DNA of 30,898 bases from a virus (lineage: Duplodnaviria; Caudoviricetes): positions 1 to 30,898 of IMG/VR virus record IMGVR_UViG_3300032234_000816; one strand, 5' to 3'. Both the position numbers and the translations under genes were made by a program. Position 1 is the stretch's first letter, and each line of letters starts with the position of its first letter. The notes beneath the pieces are model-generated. The model was not told where the DNA came from. It did not search any database and was given only the letters and a program-made list of their open reading frames with translations. Of the stretch, positions 1 through 9,741 are shown piece after piece.

Positions 1-36
1 AAGAAGGCTGCTGCAAAGAAGCCAGCAAACAAGTAG
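1..36 (+). CDS. 3' end of a gene with a Lys/Ala-rich tail (partial)
   Basis: Frame 1 reads KKAAAKKPANK* and is followed by a terminator-like hairpin. Confidence 0.6.
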   Translation, partial: KKAAAKKPANK

Positions 37-73
37 TGGTATTGGGGGGTGTAAAAGCCCCCCACTATCATTA
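34..73. terminator. GC-rich hairpin, likely intrinsic terminator
   Basis: GGGGGGT-GTAAAA-GCCCCCC core, extended by TAGTGGTA/TATCATTA, directly after the stop codon. Confidence 0.55.
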
Positions 74-103
74 AGGCCATACCAAATAAATACGGAGATA
101 ACA

Positions 104-808
104 ATGGAATATAATTACTTTAGGTCATATTCTTCTTATGGAGAAGATGCAATATTTGATGGAATCTTAAAAAGACTATCTTGGATTATGGAAGAAGATC
201 TTTTTCAGTATAATACTTATATTGACATTGGTTCGTTTCATCCAGTAAAAGAATCAAATACATATTTTTTAAGTCAATGCAATTGGTCTGGCACCTTAGT
301 TGATCCAAACATATATTTTAATATTTTAGTACATGAGTTAAGACCAAATGATATTTTATATAACTATGCTGTTGATGTTGAAAAAGGAACAAAAGAATTT
401 CATATATTTGATAGCAGAGACTCTTCAAATACATTGTCAAAAGAATTTGCTGACAGAAAAACCTTAAGCCAACATACAGAAGTTAGTTGGATTCAAAAAG
501 TAGATACAGTAACAATCAATGATATTATTGATATGCATACTTCTCATTTTGAAAGATTGCCATTCTTTATGAACATAGATATTGAAGGACTTGACCTTGC
601 AGTAATAGAAACATACAACCCTACAGAAAAAATTCCATTCATAATGATAGAAGATGAAAGTATGGACTTTTTTAATAAATCTTCTATCCGAAAAGTAATG
701 GAACAAAAGGGATATGCTCCAATCGCTGCAACTTTTTTGACTACTTTATATTTAGATAAAGACTCTGTATATTTTTTAAATTTAAAGAAAATTGGAATGT
801 TTGAATAA
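104..808 (+). CDS. FkbM-family SAM-dependent methyltransferase
   Basis: YIDIGSFHPVKESNTY, W.GTLVDPN and IDIEGLD motifs; GGAG RBS. Confidence 0.85.
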   Translation: MEYNYFRSYSSYGEDAIFDGILKRLSWIMEEDLFQYNTYIDIGSFHPVKESNTYFLSQCNWSGTLVDPNIYFNILVHELRPNDILYNYAVDVEKGTKEFHIFDSRDSSNTLSKEFADRKTLSQHTEVSWIQKVDTVTINDIIDMHTSHFERLPFFMNIDIEGLDLAVIETYNPTEKIPFIMIEDESMDFFNKSSIRKVMEQKGYAPIAATFLTTLYLDKDSVYFLNLKKIGMFE

Positions 809-1506
809 TGGCTAATTTTGGATCGCTTTGGGTAGGAAAACCATTAACTAAAGTAGAGCAGACAGCTTTATCTTCTTTTATTTACTATGGTCATTCGTTT
901 ACACTTTTTGTTTATGACATGGATATGGTTGTTCCAAATGGTATAGTAAAGAAAGATGCTAATGAAATAATACCAGAATCAGAAATTTTCAAGGTACAGA
1001 ACTCCTATGGACCATTTGCAGATATGTTTAGATATACAATGATACATAAGACTGGTCTTACATGGACAGATACAGACTCAATCTGCTTAAGATCAGACTG
1101 GGATTTTGGAGATTATTTATTTGGGTTTGAAGAAGAGGATAGACTTGCAAATGGTATATTAAGAATGCCACAAGACTCAGAGCTAATTAAGTTTTTAATT
1201 AAGAATTCAGTTAATTATGATAAAAGTAAAATAGTATGGTCTGAGATAGGACCTTTATTAGTTACCAAAGGTGCAAAAAAGTTTAATGTTTTAAAGTATG
1301 CCCAGACACCAGAGGTATTTTATCCAGTTCATTTCTGGCAATGGAAAAAGATTTGGGATAAAGAGTATTTGCAAGAAGTTCTTGATAAGTGTAAAGATGC
1401 ACACACTTTGCAAATTTGGAATCAATTTTTAAACAGAGAAAACATTAATAAAAATATTCTTCCCAAGGGATCTGCAATAGAGTATTTTTACAAAAAATTT
1501 AATTAA
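808..1506 (+). CDS. DXD glycosyltransferase (GT32/alpha-1,4-glycosyltransferase-like)
   Basis: SLWVG, FADMFRY, WTDTD, WSEIGP.L, FYPV and QIWN motifs. Confidence 0.8.
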   Translation: MANFGSLWVGKPLTKVEQTALSSFIYYGHSFTLFVYDMDMVVPNGIVKKDANEIIPESEIFKVQNSYGPFADMFRYTMIHKTGLTWTDTDSICLRSDWDFGDYLFGFEEEDRLANGILRMPQDSELIKFLIKNSVNYDKSKIVWSEIGPLLVTKGAKKFNVLKYAQTPEVFYPVHFWQWKKIWDKEYLQEVLDKCKDAHTLQIWNQFLNRENINKNILPKGSAIEYFYKKFN

Positions 1507-2977
1507 CATATCCAGTAACATCATACCTTAATCCATCTTGAACTGTAGATTTTGTTTGGTATATGTTACAAATATTACCCTTTTCCATCTTAATAGCATA
1601 AACATTTAAGTTAGCATGATAGAAAAGGTAGTTGTCTAAAGGACTTTTGACATAACTTTTAACTTCTTTTAATAATTTTTTTGCACCCTTTTTACTTACA
1701 ACATAGCATAGGCAGGACCAAGACTGATAAACCTTGCATATGTTTTCTTTGTTTATTAGAAGAGACTCTTTATTCTTTTTATATCTTATGTTGCCAGTTG
1801 GGGGAGTGTAAGCAGTAAAAACATCCCAGTCTTCTGGTAATTCTTGAATATATTTAGTTATTCTATTATTAAAATTTTTATTAAGAACAATATCATCTTC
1901 CATTAAAATTAAATATTCATAGTCAGAGTTTACAAAATTTTCCCAAGCAGTATAGTTGCTTGCCCATATTCCAAGCTCTCCAGGCTTCCAACCAGTGCCA
2001 AAGTGTCCAAGTGGATCTATTTTTATATTAGATTCTTTATAAAAATCTTTTACCTGATTTAAGTCTTTTATAATTATTGTTGGAGTTTCTAATTTTTCAA
2101 AACTTTCTTCTAAAATTTTAGAAGCAGATTTAGTTAGTTCGTTTCTTTTTTTCATTATTTTGCTATCTTCTTCTACATGAAATATAGTAAAGCATCCAGG
2201 CTTAATAATTTTTGTTGGTGATATTTTATTATTTAAGTTAACAAGGTCTTCAGGCTTATGTTGTTTTGCAATATTTTTCCACCAGTAATCAATATTATTT
2301 TTTGATACTGTATGAAAGTCGTTGTGGTCTGAGTTAATAGAATTTTTTGGATCAAGTATATGTGTGAATAGTGGCATTACATATGCATTTCCTAAAGAGT
2401 ATAGAACAACATCTGCTGCTTGGTTATCATATCCATGGCTAGGCAATATATATTTACCGTCAGAATAATGCAAAGATACTATTTTTTTGGCATAACTTCT
2501 TTTTATAAGATAGCAAGCAGTTGACCATTCATATGTCATCTTATTATTCTTTGAGTACTTTTCTTTTTTGTGAAGGTTAAAAGATATTGGCTCATTTTTT
2601 ATTATTACTAACTGAACTATGTCAGCACTACTTGGAATATTATTTTTTATATACTCCCAATCAAATGGCCAATAATCAACGGTATCAAAACTAAAATCAT
2701 CTTCCATTATGATTGCATACTCGCTATCAGAAGTATTAAGCCAATGATCTAATGCCTTAATATGTGAGGTTATACAACCAATCTCAGAAGACTTTAGTTT
2801 TGGATATTCTCCATTGATTAGATGAGATAGATCGCTATTTCTTCCATCTACAGCCTCAATTATCTCATAATCCATAACACCATACTTTTTAAACTGAGAG
2901 ATTGCACTAGATAGCCTATGCTTATGATCTTTTAAGTTTATCAAATATACTGGACCAAAATTATTTAGCTTATTCAT
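1499..2977 (-). CDS. Glycosyltransferase with two tandem GT25-like domains
   Basis: YLINL..R, EAVDG, EIGCITSH and IIMEDD in the first half; GELGIWASN, ILMEDD and PLDNY in the second. Confidence 0.85.
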   Translation of the reverse strand: MNKLNNFGPVYLINLKDHKHRLSSAISQFKKYGVMDYEIIEAVDGRNSDLSHLINGEYPKLKSSEIGCITSHIKALDHWLNTSDSEYAIIMEDDFSFDTVDYWPFDWEYIKNNIPSSADIVQLVIIKNEPISFNLHKKEKYSKNNKMTYEWSTACYLIKRSYAKKIVSLHYSDGKYILPSHGYDNQAADVVLYSLGNAYVMPLFTHILDPKNSINSDHNDFHTVSKNNIDYWWKNIAKQHKPEDLVNLNNKISPTKIIKPGCFTIFHVEEDSKIMKKRNELTKSASKILEESFEKLETPTIIIKDLNQVKDFYKESNIKIDPLGHFGTGWKPGELGIWASNYTAWENFVNSDYEYLILMEDDIVLNKNFNNRITKYIQELPEDWDVFTAYTPPTGNIRYKKNKESLLINKENICKVYQSWSCLCYVVSKKGAKKLLKEVKSYVKSPLDNYLFYHANLNVYAIKMEKGNICNIYQTKSTVQDGLRYDVTGYVN

Positions 2978-3037
2978 TATTGTATTTCCAATACCCCATG
3001 CAATCTATTATACCCTATGCTCTGATATAATGTATAT

Positions 3038-3616
3038 ATGACAATTAAAACAATATCTCAAGAGCAACTAAATAATGCTAAGCTATTTAAAAATAAAGAA
3101 GAATATGCAAAGCATATACCAAAAGGATCTAGGATTCTTGAAATAGGCACTTTAGCAGGTGACTACGCAGAAGTACTCATAAAGGAGGTTAAACCAGCCT
3201 CTATTGACCTTATAGACGTGTTTGAAGCCCACGACTGGCCTGACTGCAATAGGTTTAATAAAGCTGGTCACTTTGATTTTGTAAAGAATAGATTTAAGAA
3301 TGTTAAGACTATTACTTATCACAAAGGCTATAGCGATAAGATTATGCCCATACTAGATAAGAAGTTTGACTATATTTATATTGATGCTAACCATGAATAT
3401 GAGCATTGTAAGGCTGATCTTATGAATGCCCTGCCACTTTTGGCGGAAGATGGAATAATTGGATTCAACGACTATATAGTAGACAAAGACTATGGAGTAG
3501 ACTATGGAGTCATAGAGGTAGTATGTGAATTCTTAGATCAAAATAAAGACTGGGAAGTTGTAGGTTTTGCATTACAAGAAAATATGTACGCAGATATATA
3601 CATAAAAAGGATATAA
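3038..3616 (+). CDS. Class I SAM-dependent methyltransferase (Methyltransf_24-like)
   Basis: ILEIGTLAG, FDYIYIDANHEY and GIIGFNDY; leaderless start 7 nt after TATAAT. Confidence 0.85.
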   Translation: MTIKTISQEQLNNAKLFKNKEEYAKHIPKGSRILEIGTLAGDYAEVLIKEVKPASIDLIDVFEAHDWPDCNRFNKAGHFDFVKNRFKNVKTITYHKGYSDKIMPILDKKFDYIYIDANHEYEHCKADLMNALPLLAEDGIIGFNDYIVDKDYGVDYGVIEVVCEFLDQNKDWEVVGFALQENMYADIYIKRI

Positions 3617-4306
3617 ATGGATTTTGTTTATATTTGTAGGTATGGTAAGAATGAAGAGCTAAGGTATTCTATTAGATCTGTTCTTAATAGTTTTCCAGAT
3701 TCTAATATATGGGTTGTAGGAGGCAGGCCAGATTGGTACTGTGGCAACTATATAGAAGTAAGTCAAGATAAAAATACATACACAAATGCTATGAATAATC
3801 TTAAAGCAATATGTAATAGCATGGAAATAGATGAAGATTTTATAATTATGAATGATGATTTTTTTATTGTAAATAAAATAAGTGATATTAAATATTTTTA
3901 TGGAGGAACTCTTCTTGAAAAAATATCCTTATACAAAGAACTAACAGGCTCATCATCATACATAGATAGGCTTGTCACAACTTTTAATAAATTAAAAAGA
4001 TACAATATAGAGCAACCCTTGGACTATGAATTGCATGTGCCTTTTCCAGTAAATAAAAAAAACTTGCATAAGATATTAAACAAAAATGATAAACTACTTT
4101 ATAGATCATTTTATGGCAATATGTTTAATATAGGTGGATTAAAAATTAAAGATGTTAAGATATATGATCGTACTGGATTAACAAAAAAATCTTTTGATTA
4201 TAAAAACATTGACACAGATTTTTTATCTACAACGGACACTTCATTTAATAATATAGAGCCAATGCTTAAGGAAAAATTTCCAAACAAATCACATTGCGAA
4301 AAATAA
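3617..4306 (+). CDS. Stealth-like / nucleotide-sugar phosphotransferase-type protein
   Basis: MDFVY, EELRYSIRS, FIIMNDDFF and H.P.P motifs resemble Stealth CR1-CR3. Confidence 0.65.
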   Translation: MDFVYICRYGKNEELRYSIRSVLNSFPDSNIWVVGGRPDWYCGNYIEVSQDKNTYTNAMNNLKAICNSMEIDEDFIIMNDDFFIVNKISDIKYFYGGTLLEKISLYKELTGSSSYIDRLVTTFNKLKRYNIEQPLDYELHVPFPVNKKNLHKILNKNDKLLYRSFYGNMFNIGGLKIKDVKIYDRTGLTKKSFDYKNIDTDFLSTTDTSFNNIEPMLKEKFPNKSHCEK

Positions 4307-4309
4307 TAG

Positions 4310-4381
4310 TACCCCTGATTGGATTTGAACCAACGACCTGCGGATTAGAAGTCCGTCGCTCTTCCGCTGAGCTACAGGGGT
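4310..4381 (-). tRNA. tRNA-Arg(UCU)
   Basis: Cloverleaf with ACCCCTG/CAGGGGT acceptor, loop CTTCTAA, T-loop TTCAAAT; no encoded CCA. Confidence 0.92.
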
Positions 4382-4385
4382 ATAG

Positions 4386-4459
4386 TACACCAGGCAGGAC
4401 TTGAACCTACGCTCTTCAGTATATAAGACTGATGCCTTAACCAACTTGGCTACTGGTGC
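4386..4459 (-). tRNA. tRNA-Ile(UAU)
   Basis: Acceptor GCACCAG/CTGGTGT, anticodon stem TCAGT/ACTGA, loop CTTATAT, discriminator A. Confidence 0.88.
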
Positions 4460-4463
4460 TTAG

Positions 4464-4537
4464 TGCGACAGGTAGGACTTGAACCTACGATTACCGAATT
4501 ATGAGTTCGGGGCTTTAACCAACTAAGCTACTGTCGC
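4464..4537 (-). tRNA. tRNA with CAU anticodon (elongator Met or lysidine-type Ile2)
   Basis: Acceptor GCGACAG/CTGTCGC, stem CCGAA/TTCGG, loop CTCATAA; lacks initiator features. Confidence 0.88.
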
Positions 4538-5957
4538 CTGTTAATATAGTATACCCGTAATACTTCTGCCAGTCAAGTACATCCTTTGCATCATTTAGAA
4601 GTGGTTGTCCTTTAATATTTAAGCTTGTATTTAATAAAACTGGTACACCAGTTTGTCTATAAAACTTATTAATTGTTTCCCATAATCCAAGATGTTCATC
4701 TCTATTTACTGTTTGTACTCTAGATGTTCCGTCAGCATGTACAACCGAAGGTATTTTTTCTGGTTGCAAACATTTAACTGTGTATTGCATATACGGAGAA
4801 GTAAAGTTCATGTCAAACCACCTATGAGCATGCTCTTCTAGAACAACTGGAGCAAATGGTCTAAATAGTTCTCTCTTTTTAATAAGATTGACCTTATCTT
4901 TAATATTTGGATCTCTAGGGTCAGCCAATATACTTCTATTTCCTAATGCTCTTGGTCCGTATTCTGCTCTACCTGTTGCTACTGCTACTATTTTATCTTT
5001 TAATATGCCATCAACTATTTGTTGAATAGGATAGCTACCACCAAGATCATGGCCAAGATATGGAGATTTCCACTCAATGTGTTTTCCATACAGTGCTGCT
5101 GATGCACCCAATGAACTTCCTGCGTCACCTGGATTTGGCATTATCCAAATATCTTTAAATATATTCCATAGCATTGTATTTGCAGATGAGTTTAGAGCAC
5201 ACCCACCCATAAAAACTAAATTATTCTTACCAGTAATTGCTTTTGCCATACGCATAAAATCATTTAGTCTTTGCTCGTATACCATCTGAACTGCTGCAGC
5301 AATATCAAATTTATCTTGATCTGATATTGGTAAATTCCAGTCTGTTATGCCTTTATGGAAGTTGTATGACTGGGTATTAATTGAGGGGAAATAGTCATCT
5401 ATTTCTTTGTAATATCTTGTCCAGTCTCCATATGCAGCCATACCCATCATAATATATTCTTCTTGATTAGGCATCAATCCTATTAGTTTTGTAAATGCAG
5501 AATAAAATAAACCAAAACTAACTGGATAGTTTTGCTTGTATTTTAGTTTTATCTTTTCACCTTCACCAACCCAAATTGTTGAGGTATTATATTCACCTAT
5601 TGCATCTAGCACTACTATGACTGCATCATTAAATTTACTTGTATAGTATCCAGCGCAGGCATGAGAATAATGATGATTAAAGTATTTAACTGGAAGATTC
5701 ATAGGAATATTAGGCTTCCAATCAGCAGCACCTCCCCTTAAAAATATACGTGATCTTTTAAGCTGAGGATGTTCATAGTATGCTATATGTGTTGGAGTTC
5801 CATAGTTAAGCATATCAAGATAAATTTCCTTGTTGTTGTACCAATCATTCTTTTTTTTACTGTACCTTTCAGAATGTCCAGCAAACAATATCTCACCATC
5901 TTTTATTAAAGATATTGATGCGTCATGAGATGTTTCATTTATTCCAAGTATTATCAT
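4515..5957 (-). CDS. NodU/CmcH-family carbamoyltransferase
   Basis: ILGI..HDAS, HHYSHA, LDAIGE, MGMAAYG, GGCALN, GPRALGNRSILADP, FRPFAP, DGTSRVQT and LLNTSLN. Confidence 0.93.
   Translation of the reverse strand: MIILGINETSHDASISLIKDGEILFAGHSERYSKKKNDWYNNKEIYLDMLNYGTPTHIAYYEHPQLKRSRIFLRGGAADWKPNIPMNLPVKYFNHHYSHACAGYYTSKFNDAVIVVLDAIGEYNTSTIWVGEGEKIKLKYKQNYPVSFGLFYSAFTKLIGLMPNQEEYIMMGMAAYGDWTRYYKEIDDYFPSINTQSYNFHKGITDWNLPISDQDKFDIAAAVQMVYEQRLNDFMRMAKAITGKNNLVFMGGCALNSSANTMLWNIFKDIWIMPNPGDAGSSLGASAALYGKHIEWKSPYLGHDLGGSYPIQQIVDGILKDKIVAVATGRAEYGPRALGNRSILADPRDPNIKDKVNLIKKRELFRPFAPVVLEEHAHRWFDMNFTSPYMQYTVKCLQPEKIPSVVHADGTSRVQTVNRDEHLGLWETINKFYRQTGVPVLLNTSLNIKGQPLLNDAKDVLDWQKYYGYTILTGDSSLVG
4548..4576 (-). 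promoter_or_regulatory. Sigma70/SigA-type promoter of the tRNA cluster
   Basis: TTGACT-17 nt-TATACT ending 10 nt before the first tRNA, inside the carbamoyltransferase CDS. Confidence 0.8.
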
Positions 5958-6888
5958 ATTTTATTTTTTCAGTAAAATATTCTGCAGCATGAGTATGCCA
6001 ATGTATTCCAAGATGTTTGTCATCTGCAGCGACAAGCCACATTTTTTTTATAATTTCATCTTTTATGTTTCCATGATAATCATCACATTCAGCAAAACTT
6101 CCATTAATAGAAATATAATTATCTTTGTTTAATCCACTATTATTATTTTTAAACATAAAATTAAGCAACATGTTTTCTGCAAAATTATGCCATGTACTAT
6201 AATAAAATTTTATATTTAATAAATTACAAATTGACTGAATTACATAAATTCCAGAAATATATTGTTCTATAGCTTGATTTCCAGAAATAAAGTATTCTGC
6301 ATCAGTGGGTGTTTTGATTATTTTGTCAAAATTTTCATGTTCGCCTGTTAAAAAATTTACAGTTAACACTGATGTAATTGCTTTTAAAGGAGCATCTAAA
6401 GATGTAGCATCATAACTTAAATTTTCTTTAATGTGTGAAAATCTAAAACAATCTGGCAATAGTGCAAAAACATATTTTGGCAATCCCACATTATTTAAAT
6501 AATATAAAAATGCATTTAATTGTAAATCTACGGATGCCCCAGCTATTCCTAAATTTGCAACTCTTAAACCAGTTTTATTTTGTAATATGTTTGGCCAAAT
6601 ATAATTTTGATCTAATCCTATTCCAAAGGTATTTGAACATCCTAAAGCAACAATGTCAGCTGGATTATTTTTAGTTAAATCTACAGCATCTCTAAACCCA
6701 AAATTATTAAGGTTATAATCATTAAGACGTTTATCTAAGTGTGTTTTTAATGTTACTGAAGAGTTTTTTATTGATCTGTTGTCATGTCCAAGTACCCTAA
6801 CATTCCATAAAAAAGAATGATCTTGATTAAAGTTATATGCATAATCTATACCATATAAAACATTATTTTTAGTATATGAATCTGCCAT
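5935..6888 (-). CDS. SGNH/GDSL-hydrolase-like protein
   Basis: N..GFR, ALGCSNTFGIG, NLGIAGAS and C-terminal D..HLG...H. Confidence 0.65.
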   Translation of the reverse strand: MADSYTKNNVLYGIDYAYNFNQDHSFLWNVRVLGHDNRSIKNSSVTLKTHLDKRLNDYNLNNFGFRDAVDLTKNNPADIVALGCSNTFGIGLDQNYIWPNILQNKTGLRVANLGIAGASVDLQLNAFLYYLNNVGLPKYVFALLPDCFRFSHIKENLSYDATSLDAPLKAITSVLTVNFLTGEHENFDKIIKTPTDAEYFISGNQAIEQYISGIYVIQSICNLLNIKFYYSTWHNFAENMLLNFMFKNNNSGLNKDNYISINGSFAECDDYHGNIKDEIIKKMWLVAADDKHLGIHWHTHAAEYFTEKIKYDNTWNK

Positions 6889-6958
6889 CTTTTTTCTTTC
6901 TTATTTTTTTTATTTTTCTAAAAAAATTATAAATATAATATTGTATTTTTATCTTCAT

Positions 6959-7168
6959 TTATGCGTCTTTTCTCCAATGCATAAACGATTTAATATAAAC
7001 AGCAGCATATGCTACAGCCATTGCAATAAACCCATACTGGTTAGTTGCTAAAGCATAAGCAATCCAGAGACATTCGTTTACACAAAGAATGAGCCATCCC
7101 CAGATAGTTTTGCGACCTACCAAAAATATTCCAGTTACACCAATAGCTGCAAGAACCCAAGACCACAT
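6959..7168 (-). CDS. Small three-helix membrane protein (PnuC/SemiSWEET-half-like)
   Basis: 69 aa, three hydrophobic segments, WGW and LWIAY motifs. Confidence 0.55.
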   Translation of the reverse strand: MWSWVLAAIGVTGIFLVGRKTIWGWLILCVNECLWIAYALATNQYGFIAMAVAYAAVYIKSFMHWRKDA

Positions 7169-7307
7169 TATTTATCACCTTGCTTAGGTATCATAGATTC
7201 ACATCTTGAGCAATAATCATATACCAACCTAGTATAAGGACAAGATCCAGCATACTCTAGTTTGTGCCCAAATATCTTACATGAAGAATATCTTAATATG
7301 TTATTAA

Positions 7308-7529
7308 TCATTTAATTTCGTTTTGTCCTCTTGCTATAGCAGCACAAACTTTAAAAGCTGCTTTAGTTCTACGGCTTTTCATAAACCCTAGTCTTTGCCA
7401 TACTGGTACAGTAGCCTCAATATCAAGTGCTATTTGTTCTCTAATTTCTTTTACAGTAGTGATGATTAAGTCCATAACATAAGCTTTTTGGTTATCATCA
7501 AGATCTTTAGTCCACCCAGTTTTTCCCAT
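7308..7529 (-). CDS. Hypothetical protein
   Basis: 73 aa ORF with leaderless ATG after TGATATGAT. Confidence 0.65.
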   Translation of the reverse strand: MGKTGWTKDLDDNQKAYVMDLIITTVKEIREQIALDIEATVPVWQRLGFMKSRRTKAAFKVCAAIARGQNEIK

Positions 7530-7582
7530 GTACCTATCATATCATAAAATCAACGGTACTGCAAATATGGTATGATTAGTAT

Positions 7583-7747
7583 ATGTATGAATGCGATCAT
7601 AATTTAGTACCAATAGTTTATGGATATATGTACGGCGATATTATTGATAAGATAAATAATAATGAGATTATTTATGGAGGAATTAGAAAGCTGGCAGGTG
7701 AGGCAGACTGGTTTTGTACTAGATGTCTTGAGGATGTGCATCTTTAG
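7583..7747 (+). CDS. Small Cys-containing protein, 54 aa (not in ORF track)
   Basis: MYECDHNLVPIVYGY...WFCTRC; leaderless after TGGTATGAT; stop overlaps the next start. Confidence 0.65.
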   Translation: MYECDHNLVPIVYGYMYGDIIDKINNNEIIYGGIRKLAGEADWFCTRCLEDVHL

Positions 7748-8754
7748 TGGAATCAATATTTATATCAATAGCTGCATGTAAAGAAGAGTTTTTAGTACAA
7801 ACAATAAAAAGCGCTATTGCAAATTCATCAGACCCAGAACTATTATATTTTGGAATATGTAATATGGTTATAGATGAAGAAGACTATGTTTCAGATCCAA
7901 TATTTGAATTAAATAATATTAACTTAGTAGAAATAAAATATAAAGAGCCTCTTGGAACTGGAGTAGGTAGACTACTTTCTTCTCTTATGGCTGACTATGA
8001 CCATAAATATTTTTTGCAGGTTGATGCCCATACAATTTTTACAAAAAACTGGGACTCTTTATTAAAAAAAAGATATGAACAACTATTAGAGTTATATGAT
8101 AAGCCAATAATAAGTACAAGCCCATCATGGTGGGCTGAAGGTCCTAACAAAGAAGTAATGCTGTTTGATAATCCTAAAGAAATAGTTGACCCATACAACT
8201 TTGAAAGGTATCAAGAGAACTGTACCTTGGAATTTAGAAATAATAAAAATGCATCAAATAAAACCATGAATGATAATGGTGATGATTTATATAGTGTGTA
8301 TGGGTTTGTAGAGGGTTGTGATGCTAAATGGGAAGAAGATGAAATCTTTAAAGAACATGGATTAATACACGCTGCATTTTTATTTTTTAATTTTAGTTTC
8401 TTATCTGATTTATTATCTGACCCATATAATCCTTGGGATGGAGATCAAAACAATATGTCATTTAGAGCTGGTACTAGAGGTTATAGAATGTTCACCATTA
8501 GGGAATCATGTGTATGGTCTAAGAATAAAATAAGAGAAAATAAGTTAATTTCTGAATATGATTGGAGAAACTGTGACAAAGGAAGTATCTTTAATTATTA
8601 TTACGAAAAAGCAAAAACTCACCAAATTAACATGTTCACTGGAGAATATCTAGGATACTGGGGAGCACCAACAAAAGAATCAATAGTAAGTTATGAATCT
8701 TTATTAGGATTTAAATTTATAGATAGCTTCATTAGCAACAAGAACAATAGATAA
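7747..8754 (+). CDS. GT60-like (Skp1 GlcNAc-transferase-like) glycosyltransferase
   Basis: SIFISIA, G.GVGR, FLQVDAHT.F..NWD and SFRAGTRGY motifs. Confidence 0.75.
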   Translation: MESIFISIAACKEEFLVQTIKSAIANSSDPELLYFGICNMVIDEEDYVSDPIFELNNINLVEIKYKEPLGTGVGRLLSSLMADYDHKYFLQVDAHTIFTKNWDSLLKKRYEQLLELYDKPIISTSPSWWAEGPNKEVMLFDNPKEIVDPYNFERYQENCTLEFRNNKNASNKTMNDNGDDLYSVYGFVEGCDAKWEEDEIFKEHGLIHAAFLFFNFSFLSDLLSDPYNPWDGDQNNMSFRAGTRGYRMFTIRESCVWSKNKIRENKLISEYDWRNCDKGSIFNYYYEKAKTHQINMFTGEYLGYWGAPTKESIVSYESLLGFKFIDSFISNKNNR

Positions 8755-8879
8755 TTGGTTTGACTTATTACTGTCTATGCCGTTTTTTATTTCCATACTT
8801 TAGCTTTACATCAGACTTAATCTTATCAACTATTTCTTTTGTTTTAGCATCAAGATTAAACTCATTATCAAACTGTTGT

Positions 8880-9083
8880 TCAGTATCCATTTAAGCACTC
8901 ATTTCTTGTGTGATATAGTCTAACCTTTACCATAATTTTGCGGGATGGGGCAGAAAGAACCTCGTCACATACACATCTATAAGACCACTCCCCAGTAAAG
9001 AAATCATACATAGATCCTTTAAAGTTAGCATATTTGTTAGCTACAAATACAGTAAATGGATCAGGAATCTCGTATTGATTCAT
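8880..9083 (-). CDS. Hypothetical protein
   Basis: 67 aa ORF in a run of coupled small minus-strand ORFs. Confidence 0.6.
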   Translation of the reverse strand: MNQYEIPDPFTVFVANKYANFKGSMYDFFTGEWSYRCVCDEVLSAPSRKIMVKVRLYHTRNECLNGY

Positions 9084-9408
9084 CTTTTTCCCATGTTAGT
9101 TTGCCTTCTTTATAGACAGGCCAATAGCCAAGGCTACGCCAGTCCATCTTCATAATGCTTGGCTCTTTAATCTTGGTCTACCTTATACGTCATTGCTACA
9201 TAGCATGCCACATACCCCATAAAAAATGCTGGAATAAGAAATAGTACATTAATCATATAGTTCCTTTCTTTTACTATTGACACACCATATATGTCCGTTA
9301 CTCATTGTTTGATGATTTTCCCAAAAACTATCTGATTCTTTGAGTAAGCCACAAACTTTACATTTCATAATTACAGTATACCCCAAGTAGCAGGGTACCG
9401 TCAAGTGG

Positions 9409-9534
9409 CTAAGAAGATAATCCCATTACTAAATGCCCATTGCACACATCTGCAATAATATAGGAAGAATCCTTCTGTACCACATCAAAATAGGCAGCTT
9501 GTTTGTCGCAAAAAAAGCATTTAGATTCTTTCAT
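9409..9534 (-). CDS. Small Cys/His protein, 41 aa (not in ORF track)
   Basis: MKESKCFFCDK...DVCNGH; leaderless after TGTTATAAT. Confidence 0.6.
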   Translation of the reverse strand: MKESKCFFCDKQAAYFDVVQKDSSYIIADVCNGHLVMGLSS

Positions 9535-9741
9535 ATTTCCATTATAACATATTGTCTTTAAGTTCGGCGGCGAAATAGAGAAACAATACCGCCTTATGAG
9601 TCTGACGACTCACCATCGGTTTCCATACTCATATCCCACACTATAAAGCATTTAACACATTGAATGCCTGGCTCACGCATATACCATTTGTGCTTACACA
9701 TGTATCAAGCATACCCTATTTTGACGGGTAAGTCAATAAGA

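Noticed and set aside
9557-9612. Hammerhead or HDV-like ribozyme (CGAAA, CTGACGA, GGCGAA)
   Set aside because: The required stems could not be assembled, and the other two motif copies lack CTGANGA
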